Origin: Amphiscolops sp. MND2022
Taxonomy: Eukaryota
NCBI GenBank assembly: GCA_964187785.1
Contig: OZ076409.1
Location: forward strand, 4,032,001 to 4,096,000
DNA length: 64,000 bases
Reading direction: 5' to 3'
The position numbers and the translations under genes were made by a program. Positions 62,981 to 64,000 of this stretch are shown in pieces (position 1 is the first letter of the stretch; every line of letters begins with the position of its first letter). The notes beneath the pieces were generated by a model that did not search any database, was not told the DNA's origin, and saw only the letters and a program-made list of their open reading frames with translations.

Positions 62981-63005
62981 TATTAAGTATAATTAGTAAA
63001 TATAT

Positions 63006-63400
63006 TTAATGAATTTTCCCCAAATATAAACCCTTCCCTTGATGAACAAATTTTAGAATATCAGGAGCAGTTGCAGCAATGAGTTTTGGATTTTTACTTG
63101 CTGCTGCAGTTCCAATATTTGCTGCTATTTCCAATGCGCGGCCTGGATTATTGAGTATTTTCTTTCCAACATTCTTGGCTGCAGAACCCAAATGTTTAAA
63201 GAAGTCTCCTAATACTTCCCCATTTATTGTTTCATCTGATACAATAAGACTTTTATTTCTTCTACAAGTAGTGGAAGTACCTCTTAATAGTTTTACAGGT
63301 AATCCTGTTTTTTTTGTGTAATATCTCCACGAATATTTGTGGTAGCGGAATAATGTTTTCCACCAACACAATATGAATTGTTTTTAAATTTATTGAAACT
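63006..63400 (-). pseudogene. Polinton small virion-type protein with amphipathic helix
   Basis: LGDFFKHLGSAAKNVGKKIL..ALEIAANIG; function inferred only. Confidence 0.5.
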
Positions 63401-63419
63401 CATATACTGTTATTAAATC

Positions 63420-64000
63420 TAATTTAATTAATTAAATCTTGATAATTTGAACTGTAAATGTTAATGTCTCCCCGTTGAAATCAACTCTGTTGTGGATGGA
63501 GTCTTCAAGGAAAAATTGGATGATGTCCAGTCGTGTTTTGTTTATTTTTTTTTACAAAACAGTGGTTGGTTCTTCTATGACTTTATATCCGGGTCATATA
63601 CATCCATTAAAATTAAATGAAAATAAAATTTGTTCTCGTATACCATTAACAATTGAACCATCTACGCAGTCACACTTCAGATGAACTTTGTTTGTGGTTG
63701 TTATCATGACAGGTTTTTCTGAAGTGTGAGTTCCCGCTTGGTAAACCTTGTTTGTAAATCCAAGGACTTTGTTAAGATCAGAGTTAAAATGAATAGGATT
63801 TGAGGTTGTTGAAACTGATTTCATCGATATTGTGTCGGGTATTATGTTGAATTCAATACTAAAAACTGTAAGATCTTTTTTGAATTTTGGTTTGTCAACC
63901 AAGTCATACTCCGAATCAGTAATTATTTGCTTAATGGCATTATTTATTTCAATCAGTTCCTATACACCTGGTACTAACTGTATTTCAATAAACTCATTCT
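63420..64000 (-). pseudogene. Polinton minor capsid (penton) protein, C-terminal part
   Basis: LGF, VHLKCDCVDGSIVNG...ILFSF, then PGYKVIEEP and DFNGE in shifted frames. Confidence 0.75.

Larger units (their letters stand above)
50398..64000. mobile_element. Polinton/Maverick (adintovirus-like) endogenous virus, decayed, continuing beyond the window
   Basis: pPolB, rve integrase, packaging ATPases, major and minor capsid; candidate left terminus AGTAGT at 50398 followed by 28-bp tandem repeats at 50654-50750. Confidence 0.95.

Overview
AT-rich eukaryotic (probably invertebrate animal) DNA made up almost entirely of mobile elements. All analysis is by eye; no searches were run. (1) 1-7662 is the 3' part of a Ty3/Gypsy LTR retrotransposon (E1). 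(2) 8876-24811 is a complete 15.9-kb Ty3/Gypsy element (E2) with 1521-bp LTRs, a TAACC target-site duplication (TSD), a PBS and a -1 gag-pol slippery site. Its gag ORF starts ~570 nt inside the LTR. It carries an antisense six-exon gene with five GT-AG introns whose phases all match; the ~1080-aa product looks like a catalytically degenerate hAT-type transposase with a zinc finger. It also has a divergent sense ORF running through the PPT position into the 3' LTR, and E1 has a recognisable homologue of that ORF in the same place. (3) 25-50 kb holds two tRNA-derived SINE-like copies, two TA-flanked TIR elements each containing an HDV-like ribozyme-shaped motif, a nested Tc1-type MITE, a 305-bp palindrome, a decayed minus-strand LTR element with a chuvirus-like glycoprotein env, and a few possible host exons. 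(4) 50398-end is a decayed Polinton/Maverick (pPolB, major and minor capsid, integrase, two packaging ATPases) with at least 14 copies of a GCGAAGCT(A/G)CGC motif that can form a GNA mini-hairpin on either strand.
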